A DNA stretch of 64,000 bases, taken from the NCBI GenBank assembly GCA_016177405.1, contig JACOVG010000011.1, forward strand, positions 7,910-71,909, read 5' to 3'. The notes under the pieces are model-generated. The model saw nothing but the letters and a program-made list of their open reading frames with translations. It made no database searches and was not told the DNA's origin. Source of the stretch: Candidatus Omnitrophota bacterium. Lineage in GTDB: Bacteria; Omnitrophota; Gorgyraeia; 1-14-0-20-64-10. Position numbers and translations under genes: made by a program. Below are positions 16,495-25,106 of the stretch, piece by piece; position 1 is the first letter of the stretch, and the number at the start of each line of letters is the position of its first letter.

Positions 16495-17486
16495 CAGAGA
16501 ATGAGAGAATGGGTCATCTTCTCATTCTCTTTTCGCCTCAAAGTCAGTCGCTGGGCGAGGCGGAGGGCGGCAAACATGGAGGCGGGGTCGGCCCTGCCCT
16601 TGCCGGCAAGGTCAAAGGCGGTGCCGTGAACCGGCGAGGTGCGGACGAAGGGAAGCCCCAGCGTCACGTTGACCGCCTGCCCCCAGCCCAGGAGCTTCAC
16701 CGGAATCAGGGCCTGGTCGTGGTAGAGGGCCACCACCGCGTCGTAAGCGCCCCGGGCGGCGGCCTGCAGGAGAGAGTCAACCGGAAGAGGGCCTTCCACG
16801 TGAAACCGGCGGGCGGCCGGAAGGAGAATCCTTTTTTCTTCATCGCCGAACAGCCCCCCTTCCCCGGCGTGGGGGTTGAGGGCGGCCAAACCGATCCGGG
16901 GCCGAACGACGCCAAAATCCCTGGTCAGGGCCTCCCGGGTCAAGCGGATGGTTTGGGCAACCTTCTCCCGGGTCAATTGGGAAGGAAGTTCTTTAAGACT
17001 GACGTGGGTCGTCACCAGGCTCACCCGGAAAGAGCCGGTCACAAACATCATCACCACCGGCCGGCGGAAGGCCTTCGCCAGAAACTCGGTGTGGCCCACC
17101 CAGGGAATCCCGGCCTTGACGATCGCCTCCTTGCAAACCGGCGCCGTCACGAGGCCCTCCGCCTGGCCGGCCTTAAGAAGCCGCGCCCCTTCCTCTATAT
17201 AGGCGTGGGCGGCCCGGCCTGCCGCCGGCTGAACCCGGCCCGGCTTCAGGCCCGGCGGGACATTGGGAAGGTCGAGCCACCGGGATTGGCCCCAGGGGAC
17301 AGAGATCTTGAGCTTGCGGCTTAAGTGCTTCAGCCAGCCGAGGTCGCCGATGATGGTAAGGCGAGATTGCTTCGCCCCCCTGCGGGGGGCTCGCAATGAC
17401 GAAAGGGACTTAAGCAGAACCTCCGGGCCGACCCCGGCAGGGTCCCCCATGGTGAGGAGGAGGTTATTTAATGGTGATGTAGGCAA
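16494..17486 (-). CDS. pdxA: 4-hydroxythreonine-4-phosphate dehydrogenase PdxA
   Basis: TMGDPAGVGPE, VTAPVCKEAI, GHTEFLA, LNPHAGE, YHDQALIP, RTSPVHGTAFD. Confidence 0.93.
   Translation of the reverse strand: MPTSPLNNLLLTMGDPAGVGPEVLLKSLSSLRAPRRGAKQSRLTIIGDLGWLKHLSRKLKISVPWGQSRWLDLPNVPPGLKPGRVQPAAGRAAHAYIEEGARLLKAGQAEGLVTAPVCKEAIVKAGIPWVGHTEFLAKAFRRPVVMMFVTGSFRVSLVTTHVSLKELPSQLTREKVAQTIRLTREALTRDFGVVRPRIGLAALNPHAGEGGLFGDEEKRILLPAARRFHVEGPLPVDSLLQAAARGAYDAVVALYHDQALIPVKLLGWGQAVNVTLGLPFVRTSPVHGTAFDLAGKGRADPASMFAALRLAQRLTLRRKENEKMTHSLIL
17363..17400 (-). repeat. Palindromic element, same family, in frame within pdxA
   Basis: Minus strand gtcattgcgagccccccgcaggggggcgaagcaatctc, translated as SLRAPRRGAKQS. 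Confidence 0.75.
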
Positions 17487-18477
17487 CGGCCTTCAGCTTC
17501 TCGATCCATTCCTTGTAGCGGGCCGCTGCCTTTTGCGAGACGATGCGCGTTCGGATGTTGGCCTGGGCCTCTTCCAGGGAGGCCCGGCGGGAGGGGCGAA
17601 CGGCCTCCGCCCGGAAGAGATGAAACCCGGCCTTGGTTTTGACCACGGGGGAGATCTCGCCGGCCTTCAGCGTGAATAAGACCGAGTCGATCTCCTTCAG
17701 GCTCTTTCCCTTCTCCAGAAAGCCGATCCTTCCTCCCATTTGGGCGTTGGGGCCATCCGAATAGCGGCGGGCCAAATCATAGAAATCTTCGCCGGCCAGG
17801 GCCCTGCGCCTGATCTCCTCGGCCTGCTGGGAGGCCCGCGGGGCATCCAGGGGGTCCTTCGGCCTGATCATGATCGTCGCCGCCGAAACAGCCGCCGGAA
17901 GGTCGAACTCCTCCGGGTGGGCGTCGTAGTAGGCGGTGACCTCCGAGGGAGAGACCGCCACCTTCGAGCGGACCTCGCGCCACACCAGCTTCTCGATCGT
18001 GATCTGGTCCCGGTAGCGCGAACGCAGATCCTCCAGGGTGATCCCCTGGGCTTCCAGGGCGGCTTCAAACTCCCCTTCATCGTCAAACTTGGCGATGGCG
18101 TCGTTGACCATCTCATCGATCTCGATCTCGGTGACCGTGATGGGGGGGAGGGTGCCTATCTTTCCCTTGGAAACCTCGACGGGCCGGGGGTTCCTCGCCT
18201 CCTGCAGCATGAGCCTTTCTTCGATGAGCTGGCCGAGGATCCCGGAGCGGATCTTTTCCATCTCCCGGGCCACCTCCTCGGGCCGCCGGCTGGCGGCCAG
18301 CTGAAGGTAAATCGGAGCCAAGGCCTTCTCGAGCTCCGCCTGGGTGACCACCTCGTCGTTGACCACCGCCACAATGCCAAGCTCCTCGGGAAGGACGGCG
18401 GTAAGAAAAACGGCTGTAAGCTGTAAGCAGTAAGCAGTAAGGAAGAAAAGGAGAAGAGATAGAAACTTACGAATCAC
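17464..18477 (-). CDS. SurA-like periplasmic chaperone/parvulin PPIase
   Basis: IVAVVNDEVVT, LIEERLMLQEA, GEDFYDLARRYSD, GGRIGF, GFHLF; surA-pdxA-rsmA synteny. Confidence 0.85.
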   Translation of the reverse strand: MIRKFLSLLLFFLTAYCLQLTAVFLTAVLPEELGIVAVVNDEVVTQAELEKALAPIYLQLAASRRPEEVAREMEKIRSGILGQLIEERLMLQEARNPRPVEVSKGKIGTLPPITVTEIEIDEMVNDAIAKFDDEGEFEAALEAQGITLEDLRSRYRDQITIEKLVWREVRSKVAVSPSEVTAYYDAHPEEFDLPAAVSAATIMIRPKDPLDAPRASQQAEEIRRRALAGEDFYDLARRYSDGPNAQMGGRIGFLEKGKSLKEIDSVLFTLKAGEISPVVKTKAGFHLFRAEAVRPSRRASLEEAQANIRTRIVSQKAAARYKEWIEKLKAVAYITIK

Positions 18478-19334
18478 GAACCGGAGGCGGCGTTGGCGGG
18501 CTGTGCCTGGTCGGGCGCCGGGGGCGCGAAAAGGCCCTTGTTTTGAACCTGGGCCTTCTCCTTCAGCTCTTGAACAAAGCCTTGAAGCTTGCGCTGTTTG
18601 AGATCGGAGGACAACTTCCTTCGGATTTGCTCCTTCACCTCTTCCAGGGGCCGAGTCCGGGCGGCGCGCCGGTCGGTGAGGAGGATGACGTGGAAACCAA
18701 GCGCGCTCTTCACCACGCCGCTCAATTGGCCGGTCTCCAGCTTCATGCAGGCGGCCTCAAATTCCGGGATCAGCTGGCCCTTGGAAAAAAAGCCGATGTC
18801 TCCCCCCCTGGTCTTGGTCGGGTCGGTGGAGAGCTCCGAGGCCACCTTGGCGAAGGGCTCCCCCTTCTTGAGGCGGTCCAGGGCCTCTCTCGCCTTCTCC
18901 TCGGTTTCCGTGAGGATGTGGCTGGCCCGCAGCGATTCGGGCTCCTTCATCGCCTCGGGATTGGAGGCATAGACGCGCTGGATCTCCTCGTCGCTCACCG
19001 CCTGGGCTTGGGGCTCTCCCGCCGTCTCCAGAAGCCGTCCCAGAAGGATTTGCCTCACCGCCTCCTTTGTGAGCCGGCGGACTTCCGGGTCACGCTCCAA
19101 TCCGCGCCTCCGGGCCTCCTGGGTCAGGATCGTCTCGGTGATCATCTCCTCCAAAAGGCGCCCCTTGTCGTTTCCGAAAGCGGCCCGGGCCGCCGGATTC
19201 AAGCGGCTCATCCGCTCCTCCACCTGGGAAACGGTGATGGTCTGGCCGTTGACCACGGCGGCGATCCGGCTTCCCTGGCCGCAGCCGGTCAGCGCGAGTC
19301 CCCACCCCAGCGCGGCCACCCAGATTTTCCTCAT
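18474..19334 (-). CDS. Lipoprotein parvulin-type PPIase (PrsA-like)
   Basis: Lipobox LTGC; RASHIL, GEPFAKVASELSTD, GGDIGFF, PEFEAA, GFHVI; start MRKIW at 19334. Confidence 0.87.
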   Translation of the reverse strand: MRKIWVAALGWGLALTGCGQGSRIAAVVNGQTITVSQVEERMSRLNPAARAAFGNDKGRLLEEMITETILTQEARRRGLERDPEVRRLTKEAVRQILLGRLLETAGEPQAQAVSDEEIQRVYASNPEAMKEPESLRASHILTETEEKAREALDRLKKGEPFAKVASELSTDPTKTRGGDIGFFSKGQLIPEFEAACMKLETGQLSGVVKSALGFHVILLTDRRAARTRPLEEVKEQIRRKLSSDLKQRKLQGFVQELKEKAQVQNKGLFAPPAPDQAQPANAASGS

Positions 19335-21268
19335 GGCGTTGAGTGTATCACACCGGCCTTCAAGGTTTCCACCTCGGCCTTCAGCAGGCGGCAGTAGAGG
19401 TCGAAGCCGACCGCCACGATGTGGCCGTGCTGCTCCACCCCCAGGAGGTTGCCCGCCCCGCGGATCTGGAGGTCCCGCAGCGCGATCTTGAAGCCGGCCC
19501 CCAGGCTGGAGAACTCCTGGACCGCGCTCAAGCGCTTTTGGGCGTCGGCGGAAAGCGGCATCCCGCGAGGCTTCAAGAAGTAGGCGGTGGCCTGGCGGGT
19601 GAAGCGCCCCACCCGGCCCCGAAGCTGATAGAGATCGGCCAGCCCGAAGGATTCCGCCCGGAAGACGACAATCGTGTTGGCGTTGGGGATGTCGATCCCG
19701 GACTCCACGATGGAGGTGGAAACCAGAATGTCCACCTCCCGGCGCATGAAGGAGAGCATGGTCTTCTCCAGCGACCGGGAGGGCATCTGGCCATGGGCCA
19801 CGGCCACCCGGGCCTGGGGCGCGAGCCTCTTCACCCTGGCGCAAACTGCCGCGATCCCCTCGACCCAGGGATAGATCACAAAGGCCTGGCCCCCGCGGCC
19901 AAGCTCTCTGGCCAACGCCTGGCGGATCACCGCGTCATTCTCGTCGGTCACAACCGTCTTGACCGGCAGGCGCTGGTAAGGCGGGGTGTCGATCACCGAC
20001 ATGGCCCTGGCCCCCATCAGGGCCAGGTACAGTGTTCTGGGAATCGGGGTGGCGGTCAGGGTGAGCACATCCACCCCCTCCGTCAGCCGCTTGAGCTTTT
20101 CCTTGTGGCGCACGCCGAAACGCTGTTCCTCATCAACCACGACCAGCCCCAAATCCTTGAACCGGACGTCCCCGGAGAAAAGCCGGTGGGTTCCGATCAC
20201 AACGTCCACCGTCCCTTGCCTCAAGCCCTTCAGGGTTTCGGTTTGGGCCGCCGGGCTTTGGAATCTGGAGAGCATGGCGACCTCCACCGGAAAATCCTTC
20301 ATCCGCCGCTTGAAGGTGTCGTGGTGCTGTTCGGCCAGAATCGTGGTGGGGCAGAGCAAGGCCGCCTGCTTGCCGTCCAGGCAGGCCTTGAAGGCGGCCC
20401 GAAGGGCCACCTCGGTTTTTCCGTAACCGACATCGCCGCACAGGAGACGGTCCATCGCGCGGGAAGACTCCATGTCTTCCTTGGTCTCGTGAACCGCCCG
20501 GCTCTGCGCCGGCGTCTCCCGGTAGGGAAAGGCCTTCTCGAGCGCCTTTTGCCAGTCGGTGTCGGGCCCAAAGGCGTGGCCCCCCGAAGAGAGCCGGCGG
20601 GCCTCGGCCGCCAGCAGTTCAAAGGCCACCGAGTGGGCGCCCTGGCGGGCGATCTCCTTGGTCCTGGCCCAGTAGCGGGTCCCCAGGCGCGACAGTTTCG
20701 GGGGCCGCCCCTCAAAGCCCGCGTATTTCTGGACGAGATGGATTTCCGAAAGGGGCACGTAGAGCCGGGCGTTGTCGGCATACTCCAGGACGATGTGCTC
20801 CACCACCTGGCTCTTCACCCCAACCTTCTTCAAGCCCAGATACCTGCCGATCCCGTGGGTCACGTGGACCACCCCATCGCCCGCCTGGATGTCCACGAAG
20901 GGATCGATGGGATCCTCCTCCCCCGCGCCGGCGGCCCGATACCAGGCCGGGCGTTTCAGGGTATGCCGTTTCAGGGGGGCCGTCGGAAGGACGATCACCA
21001 TCTCATGCTTATCGAAGGGGGCGCCGGTCTCGGGGTGGATGCTCCGGATGGAGGCAACCGTTTCGTGGTCGAACTCCAGGCGCACCGGCGCCTCAAAACC
21101 TTCCGGGAAGATGTCCAGGATGCCGCCCCGCAAGGCGCAGTCGCCGGGGTCATTGACCTTCGGGAACCTTCGGTAGCCGTTGGCCAGAAGAAAGGCCAGC
21201 GCTTGCGAGGGGGCCAGCCGCTGGCCGCGGCAGACTTCTAAGGCAGGAAAGGAGCCCGGGCGGATCAC
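19331..21268 (-). CDS. mfd: Transcription-repair coupling factor Mfd, short form (645 aa)
   Basis: RGGILDIFP (UvrB-like D2), VVHVTHGIGRY (CarD/RID), GDVGYGKTEVA, DEEQRFG, TATPIPRT, QLRGRVGR, DLQIRGAGNLLG. Confidence 0.9.
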   Translation of the reverse strand: MIRPGSFPALEVCRGQRLAPSQALAFLLANGYRRFPKVNDPGDCALRGGILDIFPEGFEAPVRLEFDHETVASIRSIHPETGAPFDKHEMVIVLPTAPLKRHTLKRPAWYRAAGAGEEDPIDPFVDIQAGDGVVHVTHGIGRYLGLKKVGVKSQVVEHIVLEYADNARLYVPLSEIHLVQKYAGFEGRPPKLSRLGTRYWARTKEIARQGAHSVAFELLAAEARRLSSGGHAFGPDTDWQKALEKAFPYRETPAQSRAVHETKEDMESSRAMDRLLCGDVGYGKTEVALRAAFKACLDGKQAALLCPTTILAEQHHDTFKRRMKDFPVEVAMLSRFQSPAAQTETLKGLRQGTVDVVIGTHRLFSGDVRFKDLGLVVVDEEQRFGVRHKEKLKRLTEGVDVLTLTATPIPRTLYLALMGARAMSVIDTPPYQRLPVKTVVTDENDAVIRQALARELGRGGQAFVIYPWVEGIAAVCARVKRLAPQARVAVAHGQMPSRSLEKTMLSFMRREVDILVSTSIVESGIDIPNANTIVVFRAESFGLADLYQLRGRVGRFTRQATAYFLKPRGMPLSADAQKRLSAVQEFSSLGAGFKIALRDLQIRGAGNLLGVEQHGHIVAVGFDLYCRLLKAEVETLKAGVIHSTP

Positions 21269-22950
21269 ATCTTTTCGGGGGCGGAGACTCCCAGCAGATT
21301 CAACCCCGCGCGCAGGACCACCTGAACGGCCTCGATCAGCTTCAAGCGGGCCGCGGTCAGCTCCGGGTCGTCGCTCACCACCCGGTGCCGGTCATAGAAG
21401 CGGTGGAACCCCTCCGCGAGGGCCTGCAGGTAAACGGTGATCCCAAAGGGCTCCAGGGCGCGCGCGCAGGCCGCCGCCGTCTGCGGGAATTCCCTCAAGC
21501 GCCGCGCCAGGTCAAGCTCCTCGGGGGCGGCGAGCCGCTCGTAATTCACCCGGCCCCCGGCGGCCTTTGCCGCCTGTTTCCTCTGGTATTCCAGGACGCT
21601 GGTGATCCGGGCATGGGCGTATTGAATGTAGTAAACCGGGTTTTCCAGCGACTGCTGCTTGGCCAGCTGAAGGTCAAACTCCAGGTGGGCGTCCGACTTG
21701 CGCAGGAGGAAGAAGAAGCGCGCGGCGTCCCGGCCCACCTCCTCCATCACCTGGGTCAGCGTGATGAAGACCCCCTCCCGGGTGGACATGGGGATCGTCT
21801 CGGCGCCCCGCTTCAGGGTGCAAAGCTGAATGATCCTGATCTGCAGGGCGTCGGAGGCGTGCCCCAGGGCCGAGACGGATGCCTTGAGCCTGGGGATGTA
21901 ACCGTGGTGGTCCGGCCCCCAGAGATTCACCAGGAGGTCGAACCCCCGCTTGAACTTCCGCCGGTGGTAGGCGATGTCGGCGGCGATGTAGGTGAGCCGG
22001 CCGTCCGACCGGATCACCACCCGGTCCTTGTCGTCGCCGAAGGCGGTGGACTTGAGCCACCAGGCCCCCTCGGAAAGGTACAGGTAGCCGCGGCGCTTCA
22101 GGAGATTCAAGGTGCGGTTCAAAAAGCCCCAGCGCGAAAGGGAGCTCTGGGCGAACCAGCGGTCGAAACGGACCCCGAAGGCATCCAGCTCTTTGCGGAT
22201 CACGCCGGTCAGCACCCGGACCCCGAAGGCCCGGGCGGCGTCCTGGGCCTTGGGGCCGCCCTGGCGGACCAAGGCAGGCCTCTCCTTCGCGAATTGCCGG
22301 CCGCTTTCCGTGATGTAATCCCCCTTGTAGCCTTTCTCCGGAAACTCGGCCGCCAGCCCCAAGGCCTCGCGCGCGCGGACCAGGATCGACTCCCCCAGAA
22401 GGTTGATCTGGGTTCCCTCATCGTTCAGGTAATACTCGCGCCAAACCTGGTAGCCGCTCATCGCCAAGAGGTTGGCCAGGGCATCCCCCACCGCCGCCTG
22501 CCGCCCGTGGGCCACCGAGAGGGGGCCGGTGGGGTTGGCGGAAACAAATTCCACCAGGGCCTTGCGCCCCGCCCCCAGGCGGTTCGCCCCATAGCCGGGG
22601 CCTTCCCTTAAGACCGTCTTGACGACCTCCTGAAGGAAGGCGGTGGTCAGAAAGAAGTTGACGAAGCCCGGCGGCTTGGCCTCCACGCGCTCTATGGCGC
22701 CGGCGAGAATGGAGCCCTTCAGGTTTTCGGTGATCTTTGAAGCCAAGGCCTGGGCGGTCTCCCAGGGGGGGCGGTGGGCGGCGGAAGCGATCTGAAGGGG
22801 CAGCGCGGTCGCCAGATCGCCGTGCTGGCGGCCTCGGGGCATCTCCAAGGCGGGAGTGAGCTTGCTTAAATCAGGAAAGCCTTCAAGCCGGCGGACGGCC
22901 TCGCCCATCAAGGCCGTCAGATGCGATTCCAGATCCTGGGGGGAAATCAT
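21265..22950 (-). CDS. argS: Arginyl-tRNA synthetase
   Basis: VEFVSANPTGPLSVAHGR, EYYLND, DDKDRV, WGPDHHGY, NPVYYIQYAHARI, LGVSAPEKM. Confidence 0.96.
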   Translation of the reverse strand: MISPQDLESHLTALMGEAVRRLEGFPDLSKLTPALEMPRGRQHGDLATALPLQIASAAHRPPWETAQALASKITENLKGSILAGAIERVEAKPPGFVNFFLTTAFLQEVVKTVLREGPGYGANRLGAGRKALVEFVSANPTGPLSVAHGRQAAVGDALANLLAMSGYQVWREYYLNDEGTQINLLGESILVRAREALGLAAEFPEKGYKGDYITESGRQFAKERPALVRQGGPKAQDAARAFGVRVLTGVIRKELDAFGVRFDRWFAQSSLSRWGFLNRTLNLLKRRGYLYLSEGAWWLKSTAFGDDKDRVVIRSDGRLTYIAADIAYHRRKFKRGFDLLVNLWGPDHHGYIPRLKASVSALGHASDALQIRIIQLCTLKRGAETIPMSTREGVFITLTQVMEEVGRDAARFFFLLRKSDAHLEFDLQLAKQQSLENPVYYIQYAHARITSVLEYQRKQAAKAAGGRVNYERLAAPEELDLARRLREFPQTAAACARALEPFGITVYLQALAEGFHRFYDRHRVVSDDPELTAARLKLIEAVQVVLRAGLNLLGVSAPEKM

Positions 22951-23303
22951 CCTGATTTCGTCTTGGGGATACGCACACGGGGGGCATCGGCCCACAGCCG
23001 GTCCAAACCGTAGAAGAGACGCTGTTCCGGCAGGAAGAGGTGCCCTACGACCGAACCGTAATCCAACAACACCCACCCCCCCTCCGGGACCCCCTCCCCA
23101 TGGTGAGGCTCCCTGCCCCGAAGGGACAGCCGTTCCCGGATGCGGTCGGCCATGGAGCGAATCTGGGTGGTGGACGAGCCGTTTGAAAGGACAAAGAAGT
23201 CGAAGCTGAAGGAAAGCTTCCTTAAATCCAGAATCGCCAACCCCTCGGCCTTCACCTCAACGGCGGCTTGGGCCATGGCGATGGCGATTTGGCGGGAGGT
23301 CAC
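22947..23303 (-). CDS. rsfS: Ribosome silencing factor RsfS
   Basis: ILDLRKLS..FDFFV, WVLLDYGSVVGHLF, RLFYGLDRLW. Confidence 0.92.
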   Translation of the reverse strand: MTSRQIAIAMAQAAVEVKAEGLAILDLRKLSFSFDFFVLSNGSSTTQIRSMADRIRERLSLRGREPHHGEGVPEGGWVLLDYGSVVGHLFLPEQRLFYGLDRLWADAPRVRIPKTKSG

Positions 23304-23337
23304 CCCCCCGCCCCTGCTGGGGTGCGGACGCCCAAGA

Positions 23338-23481
23338 CTACTTGGGCTTGAGGATGCGGTAGAGGCCGGTCCCGCAATCCGGGCACTTGCCCTTCATGGC
23401 CGGGCGACCATTCTTCATGGTCACCTCCTGCGCCTCCTTCATCTCTTTCGAGGCCTTACATTTCACGCAATAAGCTTCCAT
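23338..23481 (-). CDS. Small zinc-ribbon protein (DUF5679-like)
   Basis: MEAYCVKCK...MKNGRPAMKGKCPDCGT; AGGAGG ribosome-binding site upstream. Confidence 0.8.
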   Translation of the reverse strand: MEAYCVKCKASKEMKEAQEVTMKNGRPAMKGKCPDCGTGLYRILKPK

Positions 23482-23510
23482 GAGTTCTTTTCCTCCTGTT
23501 TTCCGCTTGG

Positions 23511-23539
23511 AATTTATCACGCCGCTCGCGCGGTGTCAA
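23511..23539 (-). promoter_or_regulatory. Sigma70-like promoter
   Basis: TTGACA (23539-23534), 17 bp, TAAATT (23516-23511). Confidence 0.6.
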
Positions 23540-24525
23540 CCCCGCCCCTCGTGGATCTCCCCGACGATTTCCTCCACCAGGTCCTCCAGCGTCACCAGCC
23601 CCAGCGCCTTGCCGCCGGCGTCCACCACGATGGCGATCTGGAGCTTGCGCTTCTGGAAGGTGAGCAGCAGGTCGGTCACCCGCAGGGTCGGGGGCACCTC
23701 CAGGGGCGGATGGATCAGATCCTGCAGGACGATGAGCCACCCTTCCCTCCAGATGTGCACCAGCTCCTGGGCGTAGATCACCCCGACGATCCTGTCCGGC
23801 GTCTGGCGGTAAACCGGGATCCGGGAATGCCCCTCCTCCGTCAGGACGGTCAGCACCTCGTCGTGGCTGGCCGTCTCCGGAACCACCACCACCCGCGCGA
23901 GGGGAACCATGACGTCGCCCACCTTCAGGTCCCCGAACTCAAAGATCCGGTGGAGCATCATCCGCTCGTGCTCGCCCAAGACCCCCTCCTCCTTGCCCAT
24001 TTCAATCATGAGCTTGATCTCCTCCTCGGTGATGAGGGGCGAGCGGGGCGAGATCGGAACCCCGATCCGCTTCAGGACCGCGTAGGTCATCCGGGTGACC
24101 GAGCCGGCCACCGGCCGGAAGACCGACACCAACAGCGACATGACCGGCGCCACCTGCAGGGAAACGCGATCGGCGTGCCGGGAGGCGTAGACCTTGGGGA
24201 AGACGTCGGTCAGGATCAGGATGATGCTGCCGGCAATGAGGGAAGCCGCCGCCACCCCGGCACTGCCCCCCAGCCAGGCCACGCAGGCCGCCGTCACGAT
24301 GGAGGTGAGCGCGGCGTTCACGAAGTTGCTTCCCACCAGGATCGTCGTGATCACCTGATCGATCTGGGCGACCAGCTTCTCCACCATCCTGGCCCGCTTG
24401 ACCTTGCGATCCACCAGGTGCCGCAGGCGCAGCTTCGAGATCCCCACCAGGGCGATCTCCGATAAAGAGAGGAAGGCCGAAACCGCCACCAGCACCCCCG
24501 CCACGATCAGCTCCGAAATCGTCAT
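23536..24525 (-). CDS. CNNM/DUF21-CBS (HlyC/CorC family) membrane protein
   Basis: SAFLSLSEIAL, TILVGSNFVN, PKVYA, HSRIPVY, IVVD..G..GLVTLEDLVEEIVGEI; ends without a CorC_HlyC domain. Confidence 0.9.
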   Translation of the reverse strand: MTISELIVAGVLVAVSAFLSLSEIALVGISKLRLRHLVDRKVKRARMVEKLVAQIDQVITTILVGSNFVNAALTSIVTAACVAWLGGSAGVAAASLIAGSIILILTDVFPKVYASRHADRVSLQVAPVMSLLVSVFRPVAGSVTRMTYAVLKRIGVPISPRSPLITEEEIKLMIEMGKEEGVLGEHERMMLHRIFEFGDLKVGDVMVPLARVVVVPETASHDEVLTVLTEEGHSRIPVYRQTPDRIVGVIYAQELVHIWREGWLIVLQDLIHPPLEVPPTLRVTDLLLTFQKRKLQIAIVVDAGGKALGLVTLEDLVEEIVGEIHEGRG

Positions 24526-25106
24526 CCCGCCACCTCCCGGTAGAGGCCGCGGGCTGCGATGTAGCGGGCGACCGCCTCCGGAACGAGCTCCTCGATCGGA
24601 AGGCCTTCGCGAACCCTTTGGCGGATCTGGGAAGAGGAGATGGGCAGCGTGGTCACCGCGATCGTCCGGACCCCGGCGGGGGCCTGGGCGCCGGGAAGGT
24701 CCGGCCGCGGGATCACCACGATTTGAACCATGGCCTTGAGGCTCTCGAACGATTTCCAGGTGGGAAGCTCGCCGGCGCTGTCGGAGCCGACCAGAAGGAA
24801 CCATTCGGCCGCCCGCCCGGGAGGCCCGGCCTGAAGCCGGCGCACCGTGTCGATCGTATAGGAAGGGCCGGGCTGGTCCATCTCGATCCGGGAGGGCTCA
24901 AAGCGCGCCTGCCCGGCAACGGCCAGCCGGACCATTTCATAGCGATGCTCCGGCGCGATCAGGGGATCCGGCACCTTGTGGGGAGGGATGCCGCTGACCA
25001 CCCACAGAAGCCGGTCCAGGCCCAGCGCCCGCTGGGCCCCTTCGGCCAGGAGCAGATGCCCCCGGTGAACCGGGTTGAAGGTTCCGCCGAAAAGACCGAT
25101 CTTCAC
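24522..25106 (-). CDS. nadD: Nicotinate-nucleotide adenylyltransferase
   Basis: GLFGGTFNPVHRGH, PPHK, SYTIDT, ISSSQIR. Confidence 0.95.
   Translation of the reverse strand: MKIGLFGGTFNPVHRGHLLLAEGAQRALGLDRLLWVVSGIPPHKVPDPLIAPEHRYEMVRLAVAGQARFEPSRIEMDQPGPSYTIDTVRRLQAGPPGRAAEWFLLVGSDSAGELPTWKSFESLKAMVQIVVIPRPDLPGAQAPAGVRTIAVTTLPISSSQIRQRVREGLPIEELVPEAVARYIAARGLYREVAG

Noticed and set aside
19331-21268. mfd as a frameshifted pseudogene
   Set aside because: All helicase motifs are intact and both ends are translationally coupled to neighbours, with no leftover fragments.
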